A stretch of 64,000 nt of DNA from Terriglobales bacterium (GCA_035573035.1 DATNAC010000087.1:2157-66156), one strand, 5' to 3'. Positions 55,394 to 63,697 are shown, counted from the first letter of the stretch. The notes: generated by a model not told the origin, from the letters alone. Program-made: numbers and translations.

Positions 55394-55401
55394 GCCGCCC
55401 G

Positions 55402-56076
55402 TCAAGGCGCAACGCTGATTCGATTATCGACCACGCTCACCCCCGGAGCCGACCAGGCCACGCCCATCGCTTGCTGCCATTCCGCCCACGAACGTACGCT
55501 GCCCCGGAGGATTACTTCGGATCCATTCACCTCGACTTTGACCCGGTGAGCATCGTGCAAGGCTCCTCGTAACAAGGCCGCTTCAATCTTGGTTTCCAAT
55601 CCGGAAGCGGCTACGGCCGGCCGGATCGTGATCCGGTTGTCCACCCCCCGGACGCCCATGAGGCGCCACACGGCATCCTCCGCCGCCCGCCTCTGGTATT
55701 GCCACTCCACTTCGCCGGTCAACGTGAGCAGTCCTTGCGCGACTGTGATCCGAATCTTCTCCCGCGGCACCGACGCGTCCCACTCCAAAGCCTGGACCGC
55801 CGCTCGCGCGATATCCGAATCACTGCGCTCGGCGAAGCTCGGCAGATGCACCTCGATCTCATTCGCGACCGCGTACACCCCGCGCACGCGCTGTACCGCC
55901 TCCTCCGCCGTCCACTTTTTCGTGAGCGAGTCGACCCGGCCGGTCAGCGTAGCCACGCCGCCGGCCACCGTCACCCCGATCTCGTTGGGCTGCAACCGCG
56001 CGTCCCAGCGCAATTCCGCCTCCACATCGCGCTGAACCATCTCATCAGCTTTGATCACCGAAAGTACTCTGGCCAT
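55402..56076 (-). CDS. BON-domain protein (three BON repeats, OsmY-like)
   Basis: Start moved to the ATG at 56076 with a GGGGGA RBS. Three units of the type V.V.V..G.VTLTG.V...........A......GV..V.N.I.V. Confidence 0.88.
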   Translation of the reverse strand: MARVLSVIKADEMVQRDVEAELRWDARLQPNEIGVTVAGGVATLTGRVDSLTKKWTAEEAVQRVRGVYAVANEIEVHLPSFAERSDSDIARAAVQALEWDASVPREKIRITVAQGLLTLTGEVEWQYQRRAAEDAVWRLMGVRGVDNRITIRPAVAASGLETKIEAALLRGALHDAHRVKVEVNGSEVILRGSVRSWAEWQQAMGVAWSAPGVSVVDNRISVAP

Positions 56077-56176
56077 GGTTCCCCCTTGGGCGTTTGCATC
56101 CTGCTTGCGATACCGAGGCTGCCGGAATCGCCCGACCGGCGCCTCGGTACGGGCCCTTGCCCGCGTCCCCGCGCCT

Positions 56177-56680
56177 CTAGGCGGCGAGAGCCTGAATTCC
56201 ATGCTTCTCCGGAGCCGCTTTCGCGGCTTCGATATGGAGCCGGCCGTGATCGAGGCTCGCCGCCGTTTTGTCAATGTTGATCGCCTGCGGCAGGTCCACG
56301 CGCCGGTAGACCTCGTCGGCCCCGAACTCGGACCAGAGGACGCGCCGGCCCTGAAACTTCGATTCCTTTTTGCTTTTGGCGTGCACGATGAGCCCGGCGG
56401 GTGTCGCCGAGACCTCTACCTCGTTTGCGGTGAATCCGGGCAACGCCAAATCGAGATGGTAGCCACCGTCGTCCTCCGACAGTTCGCCAGCCGACCACCC
56501 CAACGTTTCCCGCTCGGCTTTGAGCCAGTTCTCCAGAGCATGCCCGTCGGCGCACCGCTGCCCGTCGAAGATTTCGAAGGCCCGGCGCTGGATCGCCTGG
56601 AAGCGCTTTTCGATCTCCGCCAATGCCGGAATCGGATTGTGTTGCATGTCTTGGCTTTTTTCAACTGCGACCGCTGCCAT
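56177..56680 (-). CDS. Hsp20/alpha-crystallin small heat-shock protein with DUF2934-like N-terminal segment
   Basis: Start at the ATG at 56680 (GGGGGAGG RBS). N-terminus QRRAFEIFDGQRCADGHALENWLKAERE. ACD region GYHLDLALPGFTANEVEV...RRVDLPQAINIDKTAASLDHGRLHIEA. Confidence 0.9.
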   Translation of the reverse strand: MAAVAVEKSQDMQHNPIPALAEIEKRFQAIQRRAFEIFDGQRCADGHALENWLKAERETLGWSAGELSEDDGGYHLDLALPGFTANEVEVSATPAGLIVHAKSKKESKFQGRRVLWSEFGADEVYRRVDLPQAINIDKTAASLDHGRLHIEAAKAAPEKHGIQALAA

Positions 56681-56707
56681 AAAGTATTCCTCCCCCGCAT
56701 ATACCAC

Positions 56708-56723
56708 AGCAAGCCGGATGCCA
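56708..56723 (-). promoter_or_regulatory. Candidate sigma-54 (-24/-12) promoter (best match in the window)
   Basis: The minus strand reads TGGCAT-CCGGC-TTGCT, 27 nt before the Hsp20 ATG at 56680, inside a 54-nt spacer. Confidence 0.6.
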
Positions 56724-56734
56724 CATGCGCACCG

Positions 56735-57610
56735 TTACCCCCGCAGCGTCAGTACCGGGCAGGGCGCATCGCACACGATCCTGTGGGTGAGCGTCGACAG
56801 ATGATCGGTCATTCCGGCGGAGCCCCGGGCCCCCATGACGATCAGGTCCGCTTTGAGTTCTCCGGCGGCGGTGAGGATGCAATCAGCCGGTGGTCCCACG
56901 TCAAGGCGGATCTCCGGAGGGGTCCAGAAGCAGACGCCGCCGGGCTTGAGCGCCCCCAGCCTCCGCTCCGCGGCTTCATAGCGCGAAGTGTCCCCGGCAT
57001 GCTGCGGTGGTATCGCGTGCATCAAGGTCAATTGCGCGCGATACTCCTGCGCCAGCCGGCCGGCATACTCGGCGACCCGCTCCGATGCGTCTCCCAAGCC
57101 GCAGGCGGCGAGGATGCTGTAAAACTCGCTGCCGTGGCGAGTGTGCCAGGCATTCGGACCGACCGTCAGCACCGGGCAGGGCAGCGACCGCAGGATGTTT
57201 TCCGAGGTGGATCCCAGGATGAGGCGGCCGACGCCGTTACGTCCACTGGCTCCCACCACCGCCAGATCGATTTTCTCCTCGGCTACGAACTCCGGTAACA
57301 CCAGTTCCGGCCGGCCCTGCAGCAAATGCGCCTGATGGGCGAGACCGGCCAGCAAGGCGGAGTGGTCAACCGCGTCGAGCTGCTCCTGGCCCACCCGCAG
57401 CATCCAGCATAGGGTCGGGGAACTGACGTCGGGCGTGGCGTCATAGGGCCGCATCCAGACCACATGCGCGAGATGCAGTCGAGCGTTGTGCTTGCCCGCC
57501 AACTCCGCGGCGAAACGAACGGCGGCGTTGGCCGCCGGCGAAAAGTCTGTTGTCACCAGTATCTCTTTGAGCCCGAGCGCGGCCGCCGGGGATGCCATCG
57601 CGTTTGACAT
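56735..57610 (-). CDS. Universal stress protein, tandem Usp domains
   Basis: Start set to the ATG at 57610, which has a GGAGG 5 nt upstream (the track uses GTG at 57622). ILVTTDFSPAANAAV..., LAVVGASGRNGVGRLILGSTSENILRSLPCPVLTV, and a second domain ending MGARGSAGMTDHLSTLTHRIVCDAPCPVLTL. Confidence 0.9.
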   Translation of the reverse strand: MSNAMASPAAALGLKEILVTTDFSPAANAAVRFAAELAGKHNARLHLAHVVWMRPYDATPDVSSPTLCWMLRVGQEQLDAVDHSALLAGLAHQAHLLQGRPELVLPEFVAEEKIDLAVVGASGRNGVGRLILGSTSENILRSLPCPVLTVGPNAWHTRHGSEFYSILAACGLGDASERVAEYAGRLAQEYRAQLTLMHAIPPQHAGDTSRYEAAERRLGALKPGGVCFWTPPEIRLDVGPPADCILTAAGELKADLIVMGARGSAGMTDHLSTLTHRIVCDAPCPVLTLRG

Positions 57611-57634
57611 AACAGCCTCCACAAATGGAGGTGG

Positions 57635-57650
57635 TGCAACCGGCCCGCCA
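57635..57650 (-). promoter_or_regulatory. Candidate sigma-54 (-24/-12) promoter
   Basis: The minus strand reads TGGCGG-GCCGG-TTGCA with GG-N10-GC spacing, 24 nt before the ATG at 57610. Confidence 0.5.
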
Positions 57651-57804
57651 TATCGCGCGATCCGCCTCGTACTGATTCCATGGCGGATACCGCCAGCGCG
57701 CGATCCGCCGTGGTACTCCTGGTTCGAGCGATGCGGCCTGGCTTGGAGGCCCCTGCCCCGACTCGGGTGAAATGCCCCATGTCAGCCATTTGTGAGAACC
57801 GCGG

Positions 57805-57932
57805 GCTCGAAGTGGTCTCATAATGCCGCAGCAGGCCGCCTGGGGCGAGCTGGATGCGGCTTTTTCTGGGGAAAAAGCCGCACACGATCCATTCGCGTAG
57901 AGTTTGGCACCAATTATGAGACCACTTCTAGC
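57805..57932. repeat. Nested inverted-repeat element (20-bp arms, 88-nt interior) including a gene stop codon
   Basis: Arms GCTCGAAGTGGTCTCATAAT (57805-57824) and ATTATGAGACCACTTCTAGC (57913-57932): 16 bp perfect, 19/20 overall. Inner perfect 10-bp hairpin GCGGCTTTTT-CTGGGG-AAAAAGCCGC (57856-57881). The right arm contains the TAG stop (57928-57930) of the acyl-CoA synthetase gene. Confidence 0.75.
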
Positions 57933-60084
57933 GCTGCACCCGAATGCGGGCGTCGACAATCGCGGCTCCGGCAGGATGTACCACGATAGGGTTGCAGTCG
58001 AGTTCGACGATCTCCGGCATCTGGCTGGCCAACCAGCTCAGGTTCACCAACGCCTCGACTAGCGCGGAGATATTGCACGGCGCCGTACCCCGGTAGCCGC
58101 TGAGCAGAGGCGCGCATCGCAGCCGCCGGATCATCGCCTCGGCCTCCCGCGCGTCGAGAGGCGCGAGCCCCACGGCGATATCGTGAATCAATTCCACCAT
58201 GAAACCGCCTAAACCACAGGCGACGACCGGCCCGAAGATGGGGTCGCGGATCACGCCGAGGATCATCTCCACGCCCGGCGGCGCCATTTCCTGAACCAGC
58301 CAACCGGCTGGCTCGAGTCCGCCCCGCTCCAGTGTCGCTTGCATGGCGGCGGCCGCCTTCTGTACCGTCTCGGTGCCCAGCAGGCCGAGCCGTACCGCCC
58401 CAATATCGCTCTTGTGTTGTATGCCCGGCAGGATCGCTTTGAGCGCGGCAGGCGCCGATTCCGAGAATACCGTGAGGCTCTCATCAACCCCGAATGCGCG
58501 CTGCCGCACGAAAGGCAAACCGTAGCCGCTGAGGAGTTCGGCCGTGTCGTGCCCGCTTAGCCAACCGCCGGCGTCGGGGCGGGCCCCCGCCAGCGCCTGC
58601 TGGGCGCGTGCCCGCCGGCTTTCTTCGGGAGCCACGAGTTGGGGCGGCGGCAGTTCGCGCCAAGCGGCATAGCGCGCCGCGTGACCGAGCGCGCGCGCGG
58701 CCATCTCGGGAAACGAATAAGAGGGCAGCGCCCCGGTAGCGGTGCGGAGTTCCGGCAGCGGACCCGGCTTCGACATGAGGACGGTGAGCAGCGGCAGGCC
58801 CCCGTCAAGCGTTTGCGCCCCCGATCGGATGGCCGCGGCCGCGTCCGCCGGAGATGTCACCATGGGCGGAACGAAAATCGCGATCAGTGCGTCGACCTCC
58901 CCGCTGTTGCCCGCGATCTCGATGGCGCGGGTGAAGTGTCCGGCAGGAGCCGAGGCCACCAAATCCACGGGATTGGCTCGGCTCGCATCCGCCAGCAGAC
59001 AAGTGGCCAATTGGGCCTGGGTGGATGCCGAGAAAACCGGCACCGTCAATCCCTCCGCTTCGCACGCGTCCGCGCAAAGAATGCCCGGCCCGCCGGCATT
59101 GGTGACAATGCCCACCCGGCGCCCCGCCGGCAAGGGTTGATGAGCCAGCAGCGCCGCCGCACCGAACATCTCCTCCAGGGTATCCGTCCGCACCACGCCG
59201 GCTCGCTCGAACAAGGCGGCTACGGTCGAATCGTTGGCGGCCAGCAGCGCACCGGTGTGAGAGCCGCAAGCGCGCGCGCCGGCGCGCGTACGCCCGCTCT
59301 TGATGGCAAGAATGGGCTTCCGGCGCGATACCTGGCGCGCGATCGAGGCAAACCGCTGAGAATTCCCAAAAGATTCCAGGTACAGAAGCACGACCCCTAC
59401 GGCGGGGTCGTCCCTCCATAACTCGAGCAGGTCGTTGCTGGAGATATCGGCGTTGTTTCCGATCGAAGCGAAGCGCGCCAGCCCAAGCCCGAACTCCTGG
59501 GCCTGCTCCAGCACGGCCAGCCCCAGCGCTCCGCTCTGCGAGATGAAGCCGATGTTTCCAGGTATGGGCGCGTGCGGCGCGAAGGTGGCGTTCAGCTTCA
59601 CCCGCTCGTCGGTATTGATAAGTCCGAGACAGTTGGGCCCGATCAGGGGCACGCCCGCGACGCGGCAGAGATCGCGGAGCGAATCCTGCCGGCTGCTTCC
59701 GGCGGCGCCGCATTCGGCAAAGCCGGCCGAAATCACCACCAGGGCCCGCACCCCTTGGGCGATGCAGGCGCCCGCCACTTCCAACACCGACGCCGCGGGA
59801 GTGGCGATGATGGCCAGGTCCACTATCGCCGGGACGGCGGTGATGTCAGGATACGCTTGCACACTGTGGACGACAGGAGAGCGGGCATTCACCGGGTACA
59901 CAACGCCCTGGAAATCGCCCGCAAGCAGGTTGAGGAAAATCGCGCCTCCGACGTGATCCGCCCGGCGCGATGCTCCGATCACCGCAATGGACCGCGGAGT
60001 GAACAGCGCATCCAGTGCACCGAGCAGAGCGGGCAGCCCGCTGTGGAAAACGGCTTCTTGCCGGGGCGGAAGAATTGACGGCAT
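57928..60084 (-). CDS. ADP-forming acetyl-CoA (acyl-CoA) synthetase, fused alpha/beta type
   Basis: Start moved to the ATG at 60084. LFTPRSIAVIGASRRADHVGGAIFLNLL...GVVYPVNARSPVVHSVQAY...DLAIIATPA...ALVVISAGFAE (CoA-binding/ligase-CoA domains) plus a C-terminal ATP-grasp. Confidence 0.87.
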   Translation of the reverse strand: MPSILPPRQEAVFHSGLPALLGALDALFTPRSIAVIGASRRADHVGGAIFLNLLAGDFQGVVYPVNARSPVVHSVQAYPDITAVPAIVDLAIIATPAASVLEVAGACIAQGVRALVVISAGFAECGAAGSSRQDSLRDLCRVAGVPLIGPNCLGLINTDERVKLNATFAPHAPIPGNIGFISQSGALGLAVLEQAQEFGLGLARFASIGNNADISSNDLLELWRDDPAVGVVLLYLESFGNSQRFASIARQVSRRKPILAIKSGRTRAGARACGSHTGALLAANDSTVAALFERAGVVRTDTLEEMFGAAALLAHQPLPAGRRVGIVTNAGGPGILCADACEAEGLTVPVFSASTQAQLATCLLADASRANPVDLVASAPAGHFTRAIEIAGNSGEVDALIAIFVPPMVTSPADAAAAIRSGAQTLDGGLPLLTVLMSKPGPLPELRTATGALPSYSFPEMAARALGHAARYAAWRELPPPQLVAPEESRRARAQQALAGARPDAGGWLSGHDTAELLSGYGLPFVRQRAFGVDESLTVFSESAPAALKAILPGIQHKSDIGAVRLGLLGTETVQKAAAAMQATLERGGLEPAGWLVQEMAPPGVEMILGVIRDPIFGPVVACGLGGFMVELIHDIAVGLAPLDAREAEAMIRRLRCAPLLSGYRGTAPCNISALVEALVNLSWLASQMPEIVELDCNPIVVHPAGAAIVDARIRVQR

Positions 60085-60086
60085 GG

Positions 60087-60704
60087 TCACCGGCTCCTGA
60101 CGGGCGGCTGCGCTCGCGAGCCGGCAACGACGCCCGGCCGCAAAAGGTACCATCCCATTACGACCGACATCAATCCCATGCCGACCGGAAACAGCACGTA
60201 CTGCTCCCTGCGCACAAAGCTCTGCACAATCAAAAGCGTCAGGGCGGCGGCGATGGCAAGCTCGCCGGCGATCCGCGCCGACCATTCGCCGGTGACAATG
60301 CCGAGCGCGACGTAGACCAATACCACGGTAAAAACCGCGCCCAGAGTAAATCCGGACAATAAGGCGGCGTTCAGGCCGGCATGGAACAGATCCTTGGCCG
60401 CCACCAGGCCCAGCCAAAAACCGCCCGTTGCCCAGGGCAAACTGAACACCAGCAGCGCGGTCGCCAGGGATCCGCGAAACCAGGTCGGATGGATCTCCGG
60501 CCAACGCAACCGGGCTCCCAGCAACATCGCCAGAATCGGCCCAACCGGGAGAAAGGCGCCGATGCACCACAGCCAGCCGTTTTCGTAAGGTACAGCGTTG
60601 GCGGCCACGCCCGCGGCTGCGCCCAATACCAGAAACACCGACAAGCGGCCGGCAACGGCGGCCAGCGATCGCGGAGTTAAGGCGGATAGGGGTTCAGCGG
60701 GCAT
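60087..60704 (-). CDS. Integral membrane protein, unknown function (about 6 TM)
   Basis: Start set to the ATG at 60704 (MPAEPLS...). Strongly hydrophobic, no family recognised. The stop lies 2 nt before the synthetase ATG, and the start overlaps the upstream Hsp20 stop by 11 nt. Confidence 0.6.
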   Translation of the reverse strand: MPAEPLSALTPRSLAAVAGRLSVFLVLGAAAGVAANAVPYENGWLWCIGAFLPVGPILAMLLGARLRWPEIHPTWFRGSLATALLVFSLPWATGGFWLGLVAAKDLFHAGLNAALLSGFTLGAVFTVVLVYVALGIVTGEWSARIAGELAIAAALTLLIVQSFVRREQYVLFPVGMGLMSVVMGWYLLRPGVVAGSRAQPPVRSR

Positions 60705-61182
60705 GGCGGGTGCCCTTCTTGCCTTGCCGGCCCTCCGGCGCAGGTAATACACGAATGTCCAATACGCCGCGGTTCAGATGAGCTTTGACTTCACCCGTCT
60801 CACGGTCGCAGGGCAGGGGGATGCGCCTACAAATAACGCGCCCGCCGAATTCATCCAAAAAGATGCGGCCGCGGCCGTCGCGTTCGTGGCAGGTGCCGTA
60901 GAGCACGGCGCAGTCCGTTCCCACGTCCAGTTCAAGATCGCGGAGCCCGAATCCGGGCACCTCGGCCCGCAGCAGGAGGGTGCCGTCGTCGTTTTCCATC
61001 AGCTGTGTCGGGACCGGCCGCGTCAACTCGCGCTCAGCCTCCAACCAGTGCTCCAGGGCGCGGCCGGGAATGGACCCCTCCGCTTCATACAATTCGTATG
61101 CGCGGCGTTCCAACCGGCTCTGGAACTGCTCGACGCGGGCCTGCGCACGTTCCTCGCTTTTGGTGATCAATATTCCGGGCAT
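60694..61182 (-). CDS. Hsp20/alpha-crystallin small heat-shock protein with DUF2934-like N-terminal segment
   Basis: Start moved to the ATG at 61182 (GAAGGAAG RBS). N-terminus LERRAYELYEAEGSIPGRALEHWLEAEREL. ACD region LLLRAEVPGFGLRDLELDV...RRIPLPCDRETGEVKAHLNRGVLDIRV. Confidence 0.85.
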   Translation of the reverse strand: MPGILITKSEERAQARVEQFQSRLERRAYELYEAEGSIPGRALEHWLEAERELTRPVPTQLMENDDGTLLLRAEVPGFGLRDLELDVGTDCAVLYGTCHERDGRGRIFLDEFGGRVICRRIPLPCDRETGEVKAHLNRGVLDIRVLPAPEGRQGKKGTRHAR

Positions 61183-61366
61183 AAGCTTCCTTCGTCGCGT
61201 GGTGGCCGGCGGCTTTGGCGCCGCTCGCCCTCTACCGTTGCACGCCGGTCCCCACTGAAGGCAAGGCATCGGGAACGGCCAAACGGGGTTGCTCGGCTTC
61301 CGACTGAGGGTGGGCCTGAGGCAGATGCCGCAAGGTGCGGAGGTTGACCCCATTTGCGGGATCCAC

Positions 61367-62197
61367 TCACATCAGCGCCGCCACGCCGAGCATGATCTCC
61401 TCGATTTCCTCGGTCGTGGCTTCCTGTACGGCGGCGTTCAAGCGAAAGCCCACCTGCTCCACGCGGCGGTCGACTTCGCGCACGGCCCCCTCGAGATGCC
61501 GGGCGCGCTGCCGGTTTTCGGCCATCACCGAGGTCAGGTAGATGGCGCTCATCAGTCCCGCAAGGTATTCGTCTGCCAGTTCCAGGAGGAACGTGTCCGG
61601 CCGCTCATGCAACCGTGGCGGGTAGGGATAGAGACGGGGTTCGCGGCGTTGCAAGCGCGAGAAGGGCCGCACCACGCGGGTGGTCAAGCCGCTTTCGGTG
61701 TCGTCGTTATAAATCACGGTGAAATCCGCGGGCATGGCGCCTTGGTCGCGCAGCAGCGGATAGAGTCTCTTCAGCACGCCGGTCATTTCATTTGAGCGCG
61801 CGGGCATCGGGATGGTCAAGGCAACCCGCGGGTCGCTGCCGTACCGCAGCGCCATGCGCGTGCCCGCCAGCGCGATTCGGATGGCCCGGCGATCGCCGGC
61901 GCACCGGGCAAGGAGAGCTGCCCAAAGGCTCTGGTTGAAGGCGCCACAAAAGCCACGCTCGGATCCCATCAGGAAAAAGACCTGGGGAGCGCCCAAATCG
62001 CATCGCGGTGCGCGGCCGTAGTGGCCGAGATAGTCGCTCACCGCCCGTTCCAGTACATGCATGCTTGCCTGCTGTGCCTCCGCCGCCGGCCGCAGTTTCA
62101 GCGCCTCGGCAAGCGACAGATTCTTCATCGCCGCCAGGACCTCGCGCACTTGTGTCAACGCATGCTGGCGGGCGCGCAACTCCGACCGCCGTCCCAT
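61367..62197 (-). CDS. atpG: F-type ATPase gamma subunit (alternate/N-type-like)
   Basis: The ATG at 62197 overlaps the alpha stop (ATGA). LTQVREVLAAMKNLSLAE, GSERGFCGAFN and the C-terminal TTEEIEEIMLGVAAL match gamma signatures. Divergent overall. Confidence 0.85.
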   Translation of the reverse strand: MGRRSELRARQHALTQVREVLAAMKNLSLAEALKLRPAAEAQQASMHVLERAVSDYLGHYGRAPRCDLGAPQVFFLMGSERGFCGAFNQSLWAALLARCAGDRRAIRIALAGTRMALRYGSDPRVALTIPMPARSNEMTGVLKRLYPLLRDQGAMPADFTVIYNDDTESGLTTRVVRPFSRLQRREPRLYPYPPRLHERPDTFLLELADEYLAGLMSAIYLTSVMAENRQRARHLEGAVREVDRRVEQVGFRLNAAVQEATTEEIEEIMLGVAALM

Positions 62198-63696
62198 CAG
62201 GATGCCGCCTCCGCCGCCGGCGGGCGTCGTTCCTCCCATCGCTGTGTCAATGCGGTCATAGCCGCCGCCCACCGCGAGCGGCCGGATCCGAGCTGTAAGT
62301 CCAGAGCCGGCACTTCCGCGGTCAAGAAGTGCAAATAATCGGCCATGTCAGCGGGTTGCCGCGAATCGAGCCGGTGCTCGTTGAAAGCGACCAACCAGGC
62401 CAGGTGCAGTTCGGGCGCCTGGGGCATGCGCGGAGCCTGTTTCAAAATTTCGCGCAGCAGCCGGCCGCGGTGAATTTGCAGCGCAATTGAGGCTTCGAGT
62501 TTGGCCCCAAAACGGGTGAACACCTCCAATTCCAGAAAACGCAGGTAGTCGAGCTTCATGCGCCCCGCTTCAGTGCGGATGGCCGGCGGCTGGGCCGCGC
62601 CGCCGATGCGGGATACCGAGCGCGTCACATCGATCGCGGGCAGGATGCCCGCGGAGAACAGCGGGGCGGCAAAGTAAACTTGCCCGTCGGTGATCGAAAT
62701 CAGATTGGTGGGGATATAGGTGGCCAGCTCGCCCTCGTGCGTTTCCGCCAGGGCCAGCGCGGTCATCGTCCCGCCCCCACGCGCCCGCGAGAGGCTCGCG
62801 GCGCGCTCCAGCAGGCGGGCATGGAGATAAAAGATATCTGCCGGAAAGGCCTCGCGGCCCGGCGGCCGCCGCAGCAGCAGCGACAGTTCGCGGTAGCAGT
62901 CGGCATGGGTGGTGAGATCGTCGTAGACGACCAGGGTGTCTTGACCGCGGCGCATCCAGTATTCCGCGACGGCGGCGCCCGCGAACGGCGCCAGGTACTG
63001 CAACCCCGGCAGCGAGGCCGCATCGGCGGCCACCAGGCAGGTGTAGTCCAGGGCGCCGCCGCGGCGTAGCGCTTCCAGCACGCCGGCCACGCTCGCGCGC
63101 CGTTGTCCGATCGCGACGTAAACGCAACGCACGCCTTGGTCGCGCTGGCGCAACACCACGTCGAGGGCGAGCGTGGTCTTGCCCAGGCCGTTATCGCCGA
63201 TGAAGAGCTGCCGCTGGCCGCGCCCGATCGGAATCATGGTGTCGACGATCCGGTTGCCGGTGAACAGGGGCCGGCTCACAAAATCGCGATCGACGATGGG
63301 GGGTGAAAGAATGTCGAGCGGCCCGCGTTCCACACAGTCCGGCGCCTCGCGCTCGTCCAGCGCCCCGCCCAGCGGGTCCAGAACGCGCCCGAGTACGGCT
63401 TCGCCCACCGGCAGGGTGAGTTGCCACCCGGCCGATCGTACCTGCATGCCGGTAGCCAGACCCCCGCTGGAGCGCAACAGAATCCCTCCCAGCGAATCCT
63501 CCGCCAATTGGCAAACCAGTGCCTGGCTGCCGTCCTCAAACTCGAGCACGTCATCGATGGCCGCCGAGGGCAGTCCGGCAACCCAAACAATGCCGTCGCC
63601 GACGGCGGTGACGCGCCCGGACTCGGCAACGCGCAGGCCAGGCGTATAGGTTGCCAGCCAGGCGCGCTGCTGCTCGAGCGGTGCCCAGCGCGCCAT
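62197..63696 (-). CDS. atpA: F-type ATPase alpha subunit (alternate/N-type-like)
   Basis: REAFPADIFYLHARLLERAA and IPTNLISITDGQVYF are alpha signatures. The P-loop reads GDNGLGKT instead of the usual GDRQTGKT. Confidence 0.9.
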   Translation of the reverse strand: MARWAPLEQQRAWLATYTPGLRVAESGRVTAVGDGIVWVAGLPSAAIDDVLEFEDGSQALVCQLAEDSLGGILLRSSGGLATGMQVRSAGWQLTLPVGEAVLGRVLDPLGGALDEREAPDCVERGPLDILSPPIVDRDFVSRPLFTGNRIVDTMIPIGRGQRQLFIGDNGLGKTTLALDVVLRQRDQGVRCVYVAIGQRRASVAGVLEALRRGGALDYTCLVAADAASLPGLQYLAPFAGAAVAEYWMRRGQDTLVVYDDLTTHADCYRELSLLLRRPPGREAFPADIFYLHARLLERAASLSRARGGGTMTALALAETHEGELATYIPTNLISITDGQVYFAAPLFSAGILPAIDVTRSVSRIGGAAQPPAIRTEAGRMKLDYLRFLELEVFTRFGAKLEASIALQIHRGRLLREILKQAPRMPQAPELHLAWLVAFNEHRLDSRQPADMADYLHFLTAEVPALDLQLGSGRSRWAAAMTALTQRWEERRPPAAEAAS

Positions 63697-63697
63697 C

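Noticed and set aside
55022-55549. Track ORF 55022-55549 (plus, 175 aa) spanning the convergent spacer
   Set aside because: It overlaps both flanking gene ends, is Arg-rich with no motif, and has poor codon bias in the spacer part.
60085-60570. N-terminal extension of the acyl-CoA synthetase ORF (track start 60570)
   Set aside because: Homology to ADP-forming synthetases begins at the ATG at 60084. The extension overlaps the membrane-protein gene in another frame.
61238-61254. Possible sigma-54 box (minus strand TGGGGA-CCGGC-GTGCA) upstream of Hsp20-2
   Set aside because: The spacing is right but the -24 element is poor (GGGGA). Hsp20-2 may simply be co-transcribed with atpG. I kept it out of the feature list.
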